Source: Zootoca vivipara (Eukaryota). From it: a stretch of 64,000 nucleotides of DNA. The notes under the pieces are model-generated. The model searched no databases. It saw nothing but the letters and a program-made list of their open reading frames with translations, and was not told the DNA's origin. The stretch lies in assembly GCF_963506605.1 (NCBI RefSeq), contig NC_083276.1, positions 76,942,001 to 77,006,000 on the forward strand, read 5' to 3'. Below are positions 61,426-64,000 of this stretch, piece by piece. A program made the translations under genes and the position numbers. How positions within the stretch are numbered: the first letter of the stretch is position 1; every line of letters starts with the position of its first letter.

Positions 61426-61746
61426 ATTCCAAAGCACACAAGCTTTGTGGATGCCTTTCATAAGGTCAGTGCCATGAAGACAGGAAAACCTAGAAGAGTG
61501 TGAGGGCTAGCTACTTGACTTCTCAAAACCCGCATACAGAAACAGCGCCATCTAGCACAATACTATATAACCCATCTCAATTGAAGAAAGCAGCCTTAGA
61601 AGCAACCAGTGTGACCTTATTAAGCATACCATCTATCTGAAGAAGTGTGCATGCACACGAAAGCTCATACCAACGACACACTTTCCGTAATTGGTCTATA
61701 AGGTGCTACTGGAAGGATTTTTTTTATTTTGTTTAGTATAATAAGT
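61426..61746 (+). repeat. Local duplication, copy B, interrupted by a Penelope-like fragment (61634-61732)
   Basis: Removing the 99-bp insert restores CATACCATC|TTAGTATAATAAGT, as in copy A. Confidence 0.92.
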
Positions 61747-63046
61747 TTGCCTGCTTACAGTTTGCCTGTAATCACACTTTGTACCTTGTTATTGTTCCCT
61801 TACTCCTATGAAATTTAGAGGAAGAGACTTTTGATTAGGTATTAATGGCGCTGAAATGAGCATAGACTGAACTACAAACCCCAAAATTTGGGATTGCTCC
61901 CAACCAGTGCCAAATTTTTGCAGTTGTTTTGCAGCACTTGGTAGCAAAAAACCCCATGTTTTGCAGCACCCCTCCAACTGAGCAATTGCTACTCAAAGCT
62001 AGGGTCATAGCTATCATCCCAAATCACAATTGCAGGAAGCACATCAAGGAATACTTCAAGCCTGGGCTCCAAGTTAATGCCCGTGTTTTGCTATTGTTCT
62101 GCAAACTTTTTGAAGTGAAACCCTCACATTTTGTCACGCCCCCAACTGTGGGTTACTGCCTCAGTGTGGGTTGGGGCCATAATGGATTGACTCCTGACAA
62201 GCACTGTTTCTGGGAGACAAATTTTGGGGTTTGTAGTAGTTATTGGTGCTGGGACGATATTTCCCTATTTTAAAATAGGACCTGACACAATGGAACCCAC
62301 AGTCTGTGTATGTGTGTGTGCACGAGCAAGTGTGTACACACATACTTCAACACAAGTATTCTCCCTCCAAAGGAGCAGGCAATGCCTTCAAGAGGTAATC
62401 TGGCAGCCTTACATAAGGAATATACCTTGTTTGGGCAAGGATTTGCTTAGCGTGCTTCATGGAGGGAACATAGATTTCACTTCACAGAATTAGCACATGT
62501 TTCCGTGTATAAGACGCCCCCATGTATAAGACAACCCCTATTTTTTGAGACCAAAATTAAGAAATAAATAATTGCAACATTCCATGTATAAGATGACCCC
62601 CCCCATTTTAAACTTTAAAAATTTTTTGGGGGGAATATAGTCTTAAACATGGAAAAATACAGTATTGTTATATTTCCTTAATCGGGTGTTTATCAGTGTC
62701 ATCACCTTTCCTGCTTTTTAGTTTGGAAGTATTTCGCTGACTGAAGATGAAAAAGATGAAATAATCCTGAAATTAGAGAAGGCACACATTTGTGCGCTGG
62801 AGGGAAGCTCACAGGAAAGGTAATTGCAAACCGCAGGCTTTCTGACAGAAAAGGCCAAAAGGGGGCATGGTAGAAAAACAGCAGCTTGTCTGAGGTAAGT
62901 CGGTATCTGAATACATCTGAGAATGTAGTAGAAGCATCCAAGGCAGCTCTTGGTCCTCTGATTATTGCTTTACATCCTCTCAACAGTGCTATAGGGCAGG
63001 GCCAAAGGAACCCTTTTCAAGCAGAAGGCTGCATACGTTTGGACCA

Positions 63047-63171
63047 GGGATAGCTCAGTCAGTAGAGCATGAGACTCTTAATCTCTGGGTCATGGGTTTG
63101 AGCCCCACATTGGGGTTCGGACTACATGACCCTTGAGGTACCTTCCAGCCCTACAACTCTATGATTCTATG
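63047..63171 (+). mobile_element. tRNA-Lys(CTT)-derived SINE with CR1 tail
   Basis: TAGCTCAGTCAGTAGAGCATGAGACTCTTAATCTC...GAGCCCCACATTGGG followed by CTATGATTCTATG. Confidence 0.85.
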
Positions 63172-63682
63172 AAAAGTGAGCAAAGCAATGAATCTAGCAA
63201 TGAGAAGGCTAGATTCTATATACACTTGCATATCCCTCTGTCCTCCAGCCAAACAAGCAAGGGGCAGTTCATGACATGCTGCAGCCAAAGAAAAATACAC
63301 AAGGAGTGTGAGAAGCAGGGACAGTAGGGAGTAAGCCTGGGGGGGTGAGGTCTGGGGAGAGTCCTGGGGGCCAGTTAGAGAGGCTTGGGGGGCACATTCA
63401 CACACTGGGTCTGAAGTTCCCGGTCCCCGCCTCTGTTATGGGGAAATCAGTACTTCCGTACATATTTCCTCTTGTGAGGAGTGGGGGGGGGCAAGCAAGG
63501 AGCTGTATGGCATGGTAGCCACCATGGATCCCTCCCCCCAACCTAGTGACCCTGCTATGCCCCCTTTTTGAAGCTGTCAGTTTCTGTCCTCTTTAAAATG
63601 AATGTGGGAAGTAGAGAGAGAAGATGCCTCTGCTCCAGTAGGCAGGGAGTGTGAAATATCTGTGAAGTATCACCATTGCCAA

Positions 63683-63970
63683 GGGATAGGGTGGCGCTGT
63701 GGGTTAAACCACTGAGCCTAGGGCTTGCTGATCAGCGCGGCTGGGTGAGCTCCCGTTGCTCGGTCCCAGCTCCTGCCAACCTAGCAGTTCGAAAGCACAT
63801 CAAAGTGCAAGTAGATAAATAGGTACCGCTCCGGCGGGAAGGTAAACGGCGTTTCCGTGCGCTGCTCTGGTTTGGCAGAAGCGGCTTTGTCATGCTGGCC
63901 ACATGACCCAGAAGCTGTACGCTGGCTCCCTCGGCCAGTAAAGCGAGATGAGCGCCGCAACCCCAGAGTC
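63683..63970 (+). mobile_element. Sauria SINE (Squam1), internally deleted and 3'-truncated
   Basis: Aligns with 11011-11330. Confidence 0.92.
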
Positions 63971-64000
63971 CGTTCTCCCCACTCCAGTGCTACAGCACAA

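Overview
Eukaryotic, repeat-rich vertebrate DNA from a squamate reptile. Sauria/Squam1 SINEs, BovB, Squam3-like SINEs and tRNA-CR1 SINEs point to a lizard, probably a lacertid (inference). No prokaryotic features are present. Main contents: (1) a CpG-island promoter at ~3.6-4.9 kb with a 5'UTR exon (carrying a uORF) of a minus-strand gene that continues left out of the window, plus candidate exons of a divergent plus-strand transcript; (2) a candidate minus-strand spliced transcript at 23.3-28.5 kb with an X-box/CCAAT/E-box promoter and uncertain coding status; (3) a phase-consistent 5-exon plus-strand gene (42710-55765, at least 241 codons) encoding a coiled-coil protein I cannot name; (4) many transposable elements (hAT and Tc1/mariner MITEs with TSDs, L1, L2, CR1, BovB, Penelope-like fragments, solo LTRs, a composite Helitron). 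The most unusual structures are a perfect 97-bp copy of CpG-island sequence inserted 5.9 kb away between 69-bp direct repeats, a Helitron with two 5' ends and one 3' end carrying a nested hAT MITE, and a local ~227-bp duplication flanking a strong CTCF site. Gene models were read by eye from splice motifs and reading phase and are unverified. I found no convincing evidence of a wholly new biological system.
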